This document shows positions 38,711-49,247 of a stretch of DNA of 64,000 bases, piece by piece. Every line of letters begins with the position of its first letter. Position 1 is the stretch's first letter. A model generated the notes under the pieces. It made no database searches and had not been told where the DNA came from. It saw only the letters and a list, made by a program, of their open reading frames with translations. Made by a program: the position numbers and the translations under genes. The stretch covers positions 17,126 to 81,125 of the forward strand of contig CAYXIJ010000006.1 in NCBI GenBank assembly GCA_964465375.1. The letters are read 5' to 3'. The stretch is from an uncultured Gammaproteobacteria bacterium. GTDB lineage: Bacteria; Pseudomonadota; Gammaproteobacteria; Steroidobacterales; Rariloculaceae.

Positions 38711-38845
38711 GAGATTACGGTTCCTGTCTTTGATTAAATTAGTTTCCGGATCTGGGTGGCTGAGCCCGTCCAACCAATGATTTTAATGATGATAATTTCA
38801 CCTTATTTCAAGACCATTCTTAGATCTTACGTTTATTTTTTTTGG

Positions 38846-39820
38846 CTATGGGCTGAGGACGGTGCAGCCTGTTGTCCGGCGAGCCTCCAGATCCCGGTGC
38901 GCCTCCGCCGCACTTGACAGTGGATAGCGCTGGTTGACCTCAATGGAGACCTTTCCGCTGCTGACCATATCGAAAAGTGCGCTGCTGGCTTCTATCAATT
39001 CATCCCGGGTTGCGATGAAGTTCCACAATGTTGGCCGAGTAACGTAGAGGGATCCTCTGGTCTGGAGGTCCAGCGGGGTAAAGGGCTCAACTAGGCCCGA
39101 TGCATTCCCGAAACTCACCATGAAACCATGCGGGCGCAGACAGTCCAAGGACTGGACAAAAGTATCACGGCCTATGGAATCATAGACGACCGGAACACCC
39201 TCACCGTCGGTCAGTTCTCGAACCTGGCCCACCACTTCTTCCTCAGCAAGCAACACATGCTCACAACCGTGGGCTAGCGCAACCTCTCGCTTCTCCTCCG
39301 TGCTGACGATGCCGATCACGCGGGCACCGATGCCACTGGCCCATTGGGAAAGGATTGAACCGACGCCTCCTGCTGCTGCATAAAGAACAATCCACTGCCC
39401 CGCCTGTACCGGGTACGAACGATGAAGCAGATACCAGCTAGTCATACCCTTCAACATCATCGCGGCCGCTGTCTCATCTTCAACTCCCTGGGGCAATTTG
39501 ACTAGCCTGGCCGCATCAAGAAGTCGCTCTTCAGAGTATCCATCGAGTGGTGGCGGGGTTACATAGGCTACCCGATCACCGACCTGTACATGATCCACAC
39601 TGCTCCCGACGGCGGATACCACGCCCGCGGCCTCACTGCCCAAGCCACTAGGCAACTCGATCGGATACAGCCCAGAACGGAAATAAGTATCGATCAGATT
39701 CACACCGATCGCGGTGTGGGCAACACGGGCCTCCCCGGGCCCTGGATCACCCGTAGTAGCCTCAGTCCATTTAAGAACCTCCGGTCCACCAAACTCGTCT
39801 AGCCGGATTGTTTTTGTCAT
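38846..39820 (-). CDS. qor: NADPH:quinone oxidoreductase (zeta-crystallin type MDR)
   Basis: MTKTIRLDEFGGPEVLKW, AAAGGVGS and the C-terminal HRDLEARRTTG identify it. GTG 39826 is an alternative start. Confidence 0.8.
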   Translation of the reverse strand: MTKTIRLDEFGGPEVLKWTEATTGDPGPGEARVAHTAIGVNLIDTYFRSGLYPIELPSGLGSEAAGVVSAVGSSVDHVQVGDRVAYVTPPPLDGYSEERLLDAARLVKLPQGVEDETAAAMMLKGMTSWYLLHRSYPVQAGQWIVLYAAAGGVGSILSQWASGIGARVIGIVSTEEKREVALAHGCEHVLLAEEEVVGQVRELTDGEGVPVVYDSIGRDTFVQSLDCLRPHGFMVSFGNASGLVEPFTPLDLQTRGSLYVTRPTLWNFIATRDELIEASSALFDMVSSGKVSIEVNQRYPLSSAAEAHRDLEARRTTGCTVLSP

Positions 39821-39887
39821 GCTCACCGCCGAAACCCAAGAGTTAGGTTAGAATCATAGCGCAGTGATAGCAAACAAACGGGATCTT

Positions 39888-41120
39888 ATGCCCGAACACT
39901 TCTTAATCATCGGCGGCGGTCAGGCTGCCGCCCAAGCGGCCCAAACCCTCCGCCAGGAAAAATTTAGCGGGCCAATCACCATCGTTGGTGAGGAAACCTA
40001 CCTACCTTATCAGCGACCACCCTTGTCGAAGAAATACCTGGCCGGGGAGCTCAGTGTTGAGCGTCTTTACCTGAAACCCATCAATCACTACAGGAACAAG
40101 GATGTGACGATGAGGCTTGGGGAAAAAGCAACGGCTCTGGAACCGGCAAAATCCAGGGTGGTTCTAGAAAACGGACAGGCGATTACTTTCAGTCGCCTCC
40201 TGCTTGCAACAGGCAGTCATGTCCGAAAACTTCAAATACCGGGCGAAGATCTGGGCGGGATACATTATCTGCACACCATCAAAGATACGAACACTATTGC
40301 GAAGGGCCTGAAGAGGGGCTCCCGATTGGTGATTGTCGGAGCCGGCTATATCGGTCTGGAAGTGGCTGCAGTTGCAATCAAGCGAGGCATGGCTGTCACG
40401 ATCTTGGAAGCTCTCGATCGGGTGATGGTGAGGGCTGTCTCCCCAGAAATTTCAAACTTCTACCTTGACTATCATCAAAAAAGAGGTGTGAACATTCTCT
40501 GCAATACTACGGTTACACGCTTCTCTGGAGAAAACAAAGTAGAACGGGTTGAAACAGCGGATGGGAAGCATTTCCCGTGCGACCTCGTAATTGTTGGTAT
40601 AGGAGTCGAGCCTGCAATCGAGCTAGCAGAGACCGCGGGGCTCGCATGCAGCAATGGAATTCTCGTGGATGAGTTTGCTCGCACCCAGCACCCAGATATT
40701 TTTGCCGCGGGTGATTGTACTAACCACCCGAATCACCAAACAGGTGCTCGAGTTCGCTTGGAGTCAGTCCACAATGCAATTGAGCAAGCCAAGGTTGCGG
40801 CCTCAGGCATGCTAGGCAAACCTAAGAGATACGAAGATGTGCCTTGGTTCTGGTCAGACCAGTATGACCTCAAGCTTCAGATCGTAGGACTCTCTAAAGG
40901 TTATGACCAAATCGTGATCCGAGGTGAACCTAGCCAAGAAACTTTTGCCGCATTCTATTTTAGAGCCGGGAAAATCATAGCAATCCATGCCGTTAACAGC
41001 CCCAGAGAATTCATGCTTGGGAAAAAACTCATTTCCCAGGAGAAAACCATTGCACCCGAAAAGCTGGCTAACCAAACCCTGAACTTCATGGACCTTGCCA
41101 AAAAGGCCATAGGCCAATGA
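39888..41120 (+). CDS. FAD-dependent ferredoxin/rubredoxin--NAD(P)+ reductase (pyridine nucleotide-disulfide oxidoreductase class)
   Basis: It has IIGGGQAAAQAA (FAD fold), VIVGAGYIGLEVAA (NAD fold) and AAGDC, with a C-terminal reductase_C-like region. GTG 39864 is an alternative start. Confidence 0.8.
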   Translation: MPEHFLIIGGGQAAAQAAQTLRQEKFSGPITIVGEETYLPYQRPPLSKKYLAGELSVERLYLKPINHYRNKDVTMRLGEKATALEPAKSRVVLENGQAITFSRLLLATGSHVRKLQIPGEDLGGIHYLHTIKDTNTIAKGLKRGSRLVIVGAGYIGLEVAAVAIKRGMAVTILEALDRVMVRAVSPEISNFYLDYHQKRGVNILCNTTVTRFSGENKVERVETADGKHFPCDLVIVGIGVEPAIELAETAGLACSNGILVDEFARTQHPDIFAAGDCTNHPNHQTGARVRLESVHNAIEQAKVAASGMLGKPKRYEDVPWFWSDQYDLKLQIVGLSKGYDQIVIRGEPSQETFAAFYFRAGKIIAIHAVNSPREFMLGKKLISQEKTIAPEKLANQTLNFMDLAKKAIGQ

Positions 41121-41211
41121 ACAAGTACTCAGAGGTTTTATAGAAAAAAATCTTATTTGTGCATTATGTCCACCAAGCCAGACCCTGTCATAGATAATCG
41201 TCTAGGCCTTC

Positions 41212-42003
41212 TCAGCAGCTTCTTCCCGTCAGCCGATACACGGTTAGGCCTAGCCATTCTTTTACACCTATCGAAATCAGCCTTAACGAGGGGTTCCAGT
41301 CAATTCGGAAACGATTGACGCCACGCGTTTGAAAGTCGACCGGGTATGGCGTCACAGTCCAGTCAATCCTACAAAAAATGCCCATTGAGCGCGGCATATG
41401 CCAGCCAGTAGTAATGAGAACCCATTTCTGACCCGGCTCAGGGTTAACCAAATCCTTGCTGAGCAGGGCACTTTCGTACGTGTTTCGTGAGCCTCTTTCA
41501 AAAACAATCCGTGCCGTATCTAGGCCTTGCTCTAAAAAAAGACGTTCCGCAGCATCAGCCGCCTTGTATTGTTGGTTGAGCAAACTTCCAGTCCCGCCGG
41601 AAAATACCAATCGTGCTTCTGGGAACTGCCTAGCAAGCATCATAAAACTCAAGTCGCGCTCGGCCGATTCAGATAAGACAACCTGGTCCCAGACGCTCGT
41701 CAAAAGTGCGTCTTCGGCTCCAGCCAAAACTATTATTCCGTCCACACTCTCAAGAGAGGGATTTGGTGGGTATCTGTTTTCCAGAGGAATTAATATCCAT
41801 TCCCCTACCGGAAACAGCCCCAAAAGAAAAACGCTCATCGCGAGACAGGTAAGGACAGCCTTGGCCCACTTTTCTTTACCCATCCATAGAAGAACGACAC
41901 CAGCAACCAACCACATAAGAAGTAGTGACGCCGGTGAAACAAAAAACCACATAAGCTTAGAGATCCAGAAAAAAAGGTTATCCATCTCAGTCCCTACTAG
42001 CAA
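41212..42003 (-). CDS. DUF218 (YdcF/ElyC-like) membrane-anchored protein
   Basis: N-terminal TM segments are followed by a DUF218-like core (IIVLAGAE..., SRNTYESA, LITTGWHMPRS). Confidence 0.7.
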   Translation of the reverse strand: MLVGTEMDNLFFWISKLMWFFVSPASLLLMWLVAGVVLLWMGKEKWAKAVLTCLAMSVFLLGLFPVGEWILIPLENRYPPNPSLESVDGIIVLAGAEDALLTSVWDQVVLSESAERDLSFMMLARQFPEARLVFSGGTGSLLNQQYKAADAAERLFLEQGLDTARIVFERGSRNTYESALLSKDLVNPEPGQKWVLITTGWHMPRSMGIFCRIDWTVTPYPVDFQTRGVNRFRIDWNPSLRLISIGVKEWLGLTVYRLTGRSC

Positions 42004-42122
42004 AGCAAACGGGGCCCCAGCAACAGTGAAGGCTCATCACTATACGAACAGGAAGGAAAAACATGAGTCATCGTCGTGTAACAATTTCTTTTTTTAAAAA
42101 CATCAAAATAGGAAACCATTCT

Positions 42123-43709
42123 TCACTTGAAGTATTCGGCTAGATAAGCATCAAACGGTATTTCATCGCACCCCTCGGCCGCTTTGGCACTTTCAAGTGA
42201 TTGAGTTGATGCTTCCTTGAAAAACTGATCTTTCTCCATGTCCGGTGAAAGTGCATGAAAATAGTTCCGATGGGATCGGGAGACATCGAGAGCGTATTCT
42301 TGAAAATTTTCGCGCCCAGAGGACCTAAACAATTCTAGTGTTCGCGCGGACGGGGTAGCATCGGCATCCTGAATTGCCTGACGCTGCAACTTAAAAGAAT
42401 CCGTGTAATTGCTCCGATTCACATCCAGCAGCTGACAGACTGCCTCCACACCATCCAGTAATTCTTCTCCCCAGTCCGCCAAACTGACAGATTTCCCATC
42501 GCGCGGTAAATTCAGGCCTGGCCTTCGACCCTCCCGGGCCACGGTTAGATCTCGCAGACCCATCTCCTCGTGCTCCTTTGGTGTGATGGGAGGACTTTCA
42601 GCGAGCAAGCAGTAGATTAAAAAGGCTTCAAGAAAAGCAGTTTGATGTTCGTTGATACCGGTCGGGTCGTGCATGTTTAGGTCCAAACTTCTGACCTCAA
42701 CATACTCTACTCCGTCCCGGCTGAGCGCCACCGCAGGACGAGAACTTTGGCCCGAAACGGGCTTGGGCCTTATGGAACTGTAATATTCATCCTCGATCTG
42801 CAGAATATTTGCATTCAGCTGCCGATACTTGCCATCTACAAAAACACCAATATTCATAAACTCCGGGCTCATTGTACTGACCGCTTTTTCAAGGCCGGAC
42901 ACATATTCGGCTAGGGAGTTTGCAGAAATAGAGAGTGATGCCTGACCTTTATTCTGGTACCCGATATCGCTCATTCTGAGCGAGGTGCCGTAGGGCGCAT
43001 ACCAAGTAGTCGAACCGAGCTCTTCCAGAAATTTATGTTTTTCCGAGGTCGGTGATTTGCACAAAACTGGAGAGGCTCCAAATAAATAAAGAATGAGCCA
43101 GCCGTAACGGCGATAATTTCGTACGAGCCCCATGTACTGTTCGGATCTAAATTGCCTCAGATCATGATTATCCTCCGTCCGGTCTTGGTACTCGTCCCAA
43201 AACACCTCCGGCAGAGAGTAGTTAAAATGAACACCTGATATGAGCTGCATGGGTCTTCCGTATCTATAACCTAAGCCAGACCTATAGACCGACTTCATGC
43301 GACCGAGGTTCGTGGACCCATACTGGGCAATCGGAACTTCATCCTTATTATTCATCAAACACGGCATGCTGGAGGACCATATCAACTCATCGTCCATATT
43401 TGACTGCACGAAATGGTGCACGTCTTTGAGAAAACCCAGTGCCTCGTAGTTACTGTCCCTTGGGGGAGTAACAAATTCCAGAAGCGCCTCTGAGTAGTCG
43501 GTTGTGATATATGGGTGAGTGAGCGCAGAACCAAGGCCTATCGGGTGTTGGCGCATGGATAATAAACCCTTGTCATCCACACGAAGACTCTCCTTTTCAA
43601 GTCCACGCAAACCATCCCTTATCAGTGCCGCATGATCTGAGCCCTGCAACCAGTCAAGCTGTTTCTGCAATACGCTTCTGTTTCTTGCTTCGTTGGCCAC
43701 TTTAAACAC
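42123..43709 (-). CDS. gshA: Glutamate--cysteine ligase (E. coli type)
   Basis: It is collinear by eye with E. coli GshA (GLEKESLRV, GSALTHPYITTDYSEALLEFVTP, ISGVHFNYSLP, YLFGASP, IEYVEVRSLD). It has a GTG start. Confidence 0.9.
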   Translation of the reverse strand: MFKVANEARNRSVLQKQLDWLQGSDHAALIRDGLRGLEKESLRVDDKGLLSMRQHPIGLGSALTHPYITTDYSEALLEFVTPPRDSNYEALGFLKDVHHFVQSNMDDELIWSSSMPCLMNNKDEVPIAQYGSTNLGRMKSVYRSGLGYRYGRPMQLISGVHFNYSLPEVFWDEYQDRTEDNHDLRQFRSEQYMGLVRNYRRYGWLILYLFGASPVLCKSPTSEKHKFLEELGSTTWYAPYGTSLRMSDIGYQNKGQASLSISANSLAEYVSGLEKAVSTMSPEFMNIGVFVDGKYRQLNANILQIEDEYYSSIRPKPVSGQSSRPAVALSRDGVEYVEVRSLDLNMHDPTGINEHQTAFLEAFLIYCLLAESPPITPKEHEEMGLRDLTVAREGRRPGLNLPRDGKSVSLADWGEELLDGVEAVCQLLDVNRSNYTDSFKLQRQAIQDADATPSARTLELFRSSGRENFQEYALDVSRSHRNYFHALSPDMEKDQFFKEASTQSLESAKAAEGCDEIPFDAYLAEYFK

Positions 43710-43810
43710 TACGCCGGAGAAGGTTCGTTCCCCAATACCATTTAAGGTTCATACGCTCCTTTTCGACAACACGGGTATAAAGGATTTCATCCAGAATAAA
43801 CCTTGTACAT

Positions 43811-44836
43811 CTATCTTGATCCCATGCCTGTACTCTTAATCTCTTCTAGCACCTTGGTATCAACCCAGCTTTCTAACCAATAGCTTGAGAAAAACGCACA
43901 ATGTCCCCCATTAGGAAGAACTGTAACCCTCAAGGCCTCGCTTGCAGCTAATGCCGGCAGATCTTCACAGGGAATGATCGGATCATCAGCTGCCAAAATG
44001 AGATGGGACAATACTGAAAGATCAGCCAAGGCATCACCGGTAAGCGAGTACCCTTCTAGGTAAGCGTTTAAGTCCGGAAAATCACTATAGTTTCGAACAA
44101 AAAAATCAGTAGTTTCGCTAATTGTACGGAACCTTCCCAAGTTGCCGAAATTGTATCTTTCGGGAAAATATTTTGCTTTAGCTTGTAAGGAATTTCTCCA
44201 TTTCTTTAAAAAATAATGATGGTAAGGCCAGAACCCGTTCTCGAGTGCCTTCAGCGTGCTATGGGGACGCAAGACCGGACATATTGCAACCAACTTAGCC
44301 AGATCCAAACCAGCAACTTCTGCTCTAACACCTATACGTAACGCGAAATTGCCTCCAAGTGAGTAGCCCACCAGGAAAGTTTGTTGCGCCCGGTGTAGTT
44401 TTTGAATACACCCGACGGCCTCAACCGCTTCGTTGATTCGGCAGGAATGAAACAGGCCCTGATTGAGATCATGCGTATTCCCATGATCCCGGAAGTTGAG
44501 CCGAAAAATCTCAAAGCCCGACTGGTACAGAAGTGCTGCACAGCTAAGCACGTAGGCTGAATCAGCGCTTCCCTCCCAACCATGAAGAAAAATAACCAGC
44601 CCTTTGGAATTTTTAGGTTGGGGAGTAAAGTATCCCTTAAGCCGGACGCCATCAGAGCATCTAAGAACCTCGCTCCTTGATAGCTTCAGTACATTCACAA
44701 CGCGGCGTCGCACGAAAAATTTTCGTAATCGAGAACTACCGAATATCGATTGAATATGCCGATTACCCATCCCGTAAGGCGGATTAAACGTTGGATAATT
44801 GCCGTGCTGGGTCACTCCGAATACCTTTCCATTCAA
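43811..44836 (-). CDS. Alpha/beta hydrolase, YheT-like
   Basis: It has a YheT-type N-terminus (GNRHIQSIFGS), HGWEGS, the nucleophile elbow GYSLGGN and a C-terminal GGHCAF. Confidence 0.75.
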   Translation of the reverse strand: MNGKVFGVTQHGNYPTFNPPYGMGNRHIQSIFGSSRLRKFFVRRRVVNVLKLSRSEVLRCSDGVRLKGYFTPQPKNSKGLVIFLHGWEGSADSAYVLSCAALLYQSGFEIFRLNFRDHGNTHDLNQGLFHSCRINEAVEAVGCIQKLHRAQQTFLVGYSLGGNFALRIGVRAEVAGLDLAKLVAICPVLRPHSTLKALENGFWPYHHYFLKKWRNSLQAKAKYFPERYNFGNLGRFRTISETTDFFVRNYSDFPDLNAYLEGYSLTGDALADLSVLSHLILAADDPIIPCEDLPALAASEALRVTVLPNGGHCAFFSSYWLESWVDTKVLEEIKSTGMGSR

Positions 44837-45005
44837 ATGAGATCTTTAAACATCGCGATTGGCTTTATCATGCTGAGCATGAAATTCGCTACATCAAAAA
44901 ACCTGAGCCGAACGTGTGATGCCGGCGAAAACTACCATAGAAACAACGAAACATGTCAGGTATAGTCCAGCGCATCGAAGTTCTTCTCAGTTGTGAGGTA
45001 AGCAT

Positions 45006-45389
45006 ATGTATACCCTGCGGTGTGTAGTGATTTTAGCTGCAAGTTTCGTCGGCACATCATTCGCCTGTGAATACCCGCCACTTGTAGCAGTCCCTAGTGG
45101 TGAGGATGCTACCATGGAAGAGTTGTTGGCAGCTCAGGCACAAATTCGAGAATACATGACGACGATGGAAGAGTACCTCGCGTGTGTAAATGAAGAAACC
45201 GAGGCGGCTGGGGACAACGCGCCTGAAGAGTATTCACAAATTATGACTAGCCGACATAACAACGCTGTGCTCGAGATGGAAACAGTTGCTGAGATTTTCA
45301 ATCAACAAGTGCAAGCCTTCCGAGCAGCGAACCCAGAGGCCGGAGGTATGGGCATGGGTATGGGCATGGGCATGGGCACCCGGAACTAA
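45006..45389 (+). CDS. Exported Met/Glu-rich small protein with C-terminal (Gly-Met)5 tail
   Basis: GAGGTAAG lies upstream. It has a signal peptide ending FAC, a helical acidic Met-rich body and the tail EAGGMGMGMGMGMGTRN. Confidence 0.45.
   Translation: MYTLRCVVILAASFVGTSFACEYPPLVAVPSGEDATMEELLAAQAQIREYMTTMEEYLACVNEETEAAGDNAPEEYSQIMTSRHNNAVLEMETVAEIFNQQVQAFRAANPEAGGMGMGMGMGMGTRN
45345..45377 (+). repeat. Coding hexanucleotide microsatellite (ATGGGY)5
   Basis: The sequence ggt atgggc atgggt atgggc atgggc atgggc holds five consecutive 6-nt units at 45348-45377. Confidence 0.9.
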
Positions 45390-45611
45390 ATCACGTGCCT
45401 TAAAAATAAAGAGCCGCTCAACAGACCAAATTCTCTTTCAACCAAGGCCTCTACTGATAAATTACTAAAGCCTGTTTTTTGGACCTGAGGGTCCCTAATA
45501 TAGCACCCTCCCCGTTGTCTGGAAGAATCAAGATGGCTCCCATAGCACTTTTCCTCTCCATGTTAGAATCCTCGCCTATTCAGTCATCATGGAAAACTTG
45601 GCAATAAAAAT

Positions 45612-46601
45612 ATGACTAAGAAGAGTAGGCGCCCCATCCGGATCTCCATCACTGGCGCGGCAGGCCAAATTGGGTACCAGCTGGCCTTTAGAATTGCATC
45701 GGGACAGATGCTTGGCCCCAAAACCCCTGTATCACTCCAGTTGCTGGAGATACCATCGGCTATGGATGCGCTAAAAGGTGTCGCAATGGAACTGGACGAT
45801 TGTGCGTTCGATGCATTGCGCGATGTGACGGTAACGGATCAGGCAGAAGAAAGTTTTGACGAAACGGATTATGCTTTGCTCGTAGGAGCAAAACCACGCG
45901 GCCCAGACATGGAGCGCAAGGATCTCCTCTTAGAAAACGCAAAGATTTTTTCTGCTCAAGGTAAGGCCCTAAACGATGCAGCTAGTCGTGATGTAAAAGT
46001 TTTGGTAGTTGGCAACCCAGCCAATACTAATGCCCTGATTGCACGGGAAAATGCCCCGGACCTCAACCCCAGAAATTTCACTGCCATGACGAGGCTCGAT
46101 CATAATCGTGCTCGGGCTCAACTCGCAAAAAAGGTAGGCTTACACGTCTCGGATGTTGATGGGGTGATCATATGGGGCAATCACTCATCAACTCAGTATC
46201 CGGATATCTCACATGCATCTATCGCGGGCGAACCGGCCAAAAATAAGGTTCCTTCAGACTGGTATTTGGATCAGTTTATTCCCACTGTTCAACAACGCGG
46301 TCTAACTATCATAAAAGCCCGAGGAGCATCCTCAGCTGCATCCGCTGCATCTGCTGCCATCGACCATGTTCGTGACTGGACACTCGGCACACCCGAAGAT
46401 AAATGGGTCAGTATGGCTGTAGCGTCTGATGGCAGTTATGGAATCGCGGAGGGTGTTGTATATTCTTATCCGGTCAGGTGCAACGGCGGTGAGTATGAAA
46501 TTGTTAAAAATCTCACAATAGATGATTTCAGTCGTGAAAAAATGGATGCGAGCAATGTTGAGTTGCGGGAGGAGCGATCGGGAGTCGCTGACCTTTTGTA
46601 A
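45612..46601 (+). CDS. mdh: Malate dehydrogenase (NAD-dependent, 'cytoplasmic-like' clade)
   Basis: [13 protein letters not shown], the substrate loop GAKPRGPGMERKDLL-like ([15 protein letters not shown]) and IWGNHS identify it. Confidence 0.9.
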   Translation: MTKKSRRPIRISITGAAGQIGYQLAFRIASGQMLGPKTPVSLQLLEIPSAMDALKGVAMELDDCAFDALRDVTVTDQAEESFDETDYALLVGAKPRGPDMERKDLLLENAKIFSAQGKALNDAASRDVKVLVVGNPANTNALIARENAPDLNPRNFTAMTRLDHNRARAQLAKKVGLHVSDVDGVIIWGNHSSTQYPDISHASIAGEPAKNKVPSDWYLDQFIPTVQQRGLTIIKARGASSAASAASAAIDHVRDWTLGTPEDKWVSMAVASDGSYGIAEGVVYSYPVRCNGGEYEIVKNLTIDDFSREKMDASNVELREERSGVADLL

Positions 46602-46643
46602 GGACCTCGCCAGCCGAGCCACTACATTAACAGGAGAGCGTAA

Positions 46644-49124
46644 GTGACAAGTTTGCTGTGGCTGATATTTTTCTTTGGTGCTCCTCTGGCACTTGCCTAT
46701 CGAAGAACAAATCTAAAATCTTCCACTACCCTATTAGGACTCGCACTGGCTGTTTACACGTTTTTCGGAGCCGGTGGGTTACTTTGGAAATTTCTCCTGT
46801 GGGTATTTTTCATAGGCTTGGCTGCTCTAAATGTGAAATCGCTTCGAAGCGAATTTATTTCAAGCCGCGTCCTGTTGATTTTCCGAAAAATGCTGCCACC
46901 CATGTCAAAAACCGAGCAGGACGCATTGGAGGCGGGAAGCGTCTGGTGGGAAGGTGAACTCTTCTCGGGAATTCCGCAATGGAAGTTGCTAAATGATCTT
47001 CCGGTACCAAAGCTGTCAGACGAAGAGCAAGCTTTCCTGGACGAGCCCACGGAAGAACTTTGTCATATGCTCGATAACTGGGAAATTACGCACGAACTCC
47101 TTGATTTGCCTCCAAAGGTGTGGCATTTCATCAAGGAAAAAGGGTTTTTCTCAATGGCGATTCCCAAAGAGTATGGTGGGCTCGGCTTCTCGCCATTAGC
47201 GATCTCTTTTGTTCTGACCAAAATTGCCTCACGCAACACGACAGCTGCATCCACGATTGGTGTACCCAATTCTCTGGGTCCAGCCGAACTTCTTTTGCAT
47301 TACGGCACCGAGGAACAAAAAAATAAGTGGTTACCTGGACTTGCAAGCGCCAAGGAAATTCCCTGTTTTGCATTAACGTCAACCCGGGCAGGATCAGATG
47401 CCACAGCGATCGCCGACCGAGGAGTCGTCTGCAAGGGAAATTTCGATGGCAAAGAAATTGTTGGTATTCGTTTGAACTGGGAAAAGCGCTACATAACGCT
47501 TGCGCCGGTTGCTACGGTTCTTGGCCTTGCTTTCAAGCTATACGACCCCGATCACCTTATCGGGGAAAAGGATGAATACGGAATCACGGCGGCGCTTATC
47601 CCAACAGACCTTCCTGGGATAGAAATCGGCCGGAGACATTTTCCGATCAACATACCTTTTCAAAATGGACCGACACTTGGCAAGGATGTCTTTGTGCCTC
47701 TCGATTGCATTATCGGTGGACCCGACATGGCTGGTCAGGGATGGCGGATGCTAGTCGAGCTGTTATCTGTCGGGCGCGGCATTGTACTACCCAGCAATTC
47801 AGTCGGCGGAGCAATGACCGCTGCCTATGCAACCGGCGCCTATGCAAGAATCCGCCGACAATTCAATCTCCCAATAGGAAAGTTTCATGGAGTCGGTGAA
47901 GCACTAACGCGAATCGTCGGCTATACCTACATCATGAAAGCAGCCTCCAGAGTAACCTGCGCCGCGTTAAACGCGGGAGAGAAGCCTGCGGTTCCTACCG
48001 CCATACTCAAGTATCACAACACGGAGATGGGACGCCAGGTAGCGAACGACGCCATGGATATCCATGGCGGCAAAGGTATCATGCTGGGCCCCAGCAATTA
48101 TCTCGCAAGGGGTTACCAGGCGGTTCCAATTGCAATCACGGTTGAAGGTGCCAATATCCTGACCCGCAACCTCATGATTTTCGGCCAGGGCGCTATTCGC
48201 TGCCATCCTTTTGTACTGGGGGAGATGGAGGCGGCTCAGGATGACAACCAGGATCGCGGGCTGCTAAGTTTTGACAGGCTTCTTTTTGGCCATATTGGCT
48301 ACACTATTTCCAATGCGGTGCGATCTTTTGTGATGGCATTGACCCACGCTAGATTTGCTGGAGCCCCTACTGCGGGTACCACTCGCCATTATTACCAGCA
48401 AATTAACCGTTACAGTGCGTCGTTTGCGCTAGCAACCGATGCCGCTATGCTGACGCTGGGGGGTAGCCTCAAACGTCAGGAACTACTTTCCGCTCGGCTT
48501 GGGGACATCCTAAGCTATCTCTACCTATCCTCAATGGTACTGAAACATTATCAAGATCAAGGTCGGCCGGAAGCTGATCTACCGCTAGTGGAATGGTGCT
48601 GTCGGACCCTTCTGTATCGGACCCAAGAACAATTGCACGGCTTACTGCGCAACCTGCCTAACCAATGGGTTGCAAGAGCGCTGCGAATTTTTATTTTCCC
48701 CCGCGGCCGGACCTATTTTTCGCCTAGCGATGTGCTCGGACAAGAGGTGGTGGAGCTGATTATCAACCCCACCGAAACTCGCAAACGACTGTGTGACTGT
48801 ATCTACAAAAAAGTTGAGCCCGGCAACCCAATCGGTCTACTTCAGGAAGCCTTAGAACTCGCTGACGAAGTGAAACCGCTAGAGAGAAAAGTGTTCAATG
48901 CGCGCCGATCAGGGGAGATTCTGAGCGAAGATACACCCAGCCAAATCCAAGAAGCCGAAAACAAAGGCATTATTACCGGGGAAGAAGCAGAAAAAATTCG
49001 CGCCTTTGATCACAAGGTATTGGCCCTACTGACTGTCGACGATTTTGGCCCGAACGAGCTATCGCAAAAAAAAGCGTCGCCTGAACAAGCGAATGAGAAG
49101 GCTGTCACAAAGAAATCAGCTTAA
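46644..49124 (+). CDS. fadE: Large acyl-CoA dehydrogenase, FadE type
   Basis: It is collinear by eye with E. coli FadE over the whole length (MLPPMSKTEQDALEAGSVWWEG, IPCFALTS..AGSDA, RYITLAPVATVLGLAFKL, VEGANILTRNLMIFGQGAIRCHP). It has a GTG start. Confidence 0.9.
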   Translation: MTSLLWLIFFFGAPLALAYRRTNLKSSTTLLGLALAVYTFFGAGGLLWKFLLWVFFIGLAALNVKSLRSEFISSRVLLIFRKMLPPMSKTEQDALEAGSVWWEGELFSGIPQWKLLNDLPVPKLSDEEQAFLDEPTEELCHMLDNWEITHELLDLPPKVWHFIKEKGFFSMAIPKEYGGLGFSPLAISFVLTKIASRNTTAASTIGVPNSLGPAELLLHYGTEEQKNKWLPGLASAKEIPCFALTSTRAGSDATAIADRGVVCKGNFDGKEIVGIRLNWEKRYITLAPVATVLGLAFKLYDPDHLIGEKDEYGITAALIPTDLPGIEIGRRHFPINIPFQNGPTLGKDVFVPLDCIIGGPDMAGQGWRMLVELLSVGRGIVLPSNSVGGAMTAAYATGAYARIRRQFNLPIGKFHGVGEALTRIVGYTYIMKAASRVTCAALNAGEKPAVPTAILKYHNTEMGRQVANDAMDIHGGKGIMLGPSNYLARGYQAVPIAITVEGANILTRNLMIFGQGAIRCHPFVLGEMEAAQDDNQDRGLLSFDRLLFGHIGYTISNAVRSFVMALTHARFAGAPTAGTTRHYYQQINRYSASFALATDAAMLTLGGSLKRQELLSARLGDILSYLYLSSMVLKHYQDQGRPEADLPLVEWCCRTLLYRTQEQLHGLLRNLPNQWVARALRIFIFPRGRTYFSPSDVLGQEVVELIINPTETRKRLCDCIYKKVEPGNPIGLLQEALELADEVKPLERKVFNARRSGEILSEDTPSQIQEAENKGIITGEEAEKIRAFDHKVLALLTVDDFGPNELSQKKASPEQANEKAVTKKSA

Positions 49125-49247
49125 CGAACCAAAAATTGACTCTGATTGGCAATAAAATAAAAAACGAGCAGGCCACACAGATGAGTCGGGTATGCTAAAT
49201 TTGTACCTTGGACGAACAACAAACAAAAATCCCAAAGGAGCAAAACT

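Noticed and set aside
41456-42097. A 213-aa ORF lies antisense to the DUF218 gene. Similar long antisense ORFs occur at 2734-3180, 7995-8456, 13045-13509 and 14643-15101.
   Set aside because: Their composition is Ser/Arg/Pro-rich and low in complexity, they lack motifs, and each is fully contained opposite a gene with strong family signatures. These are typical shadow ORFs.
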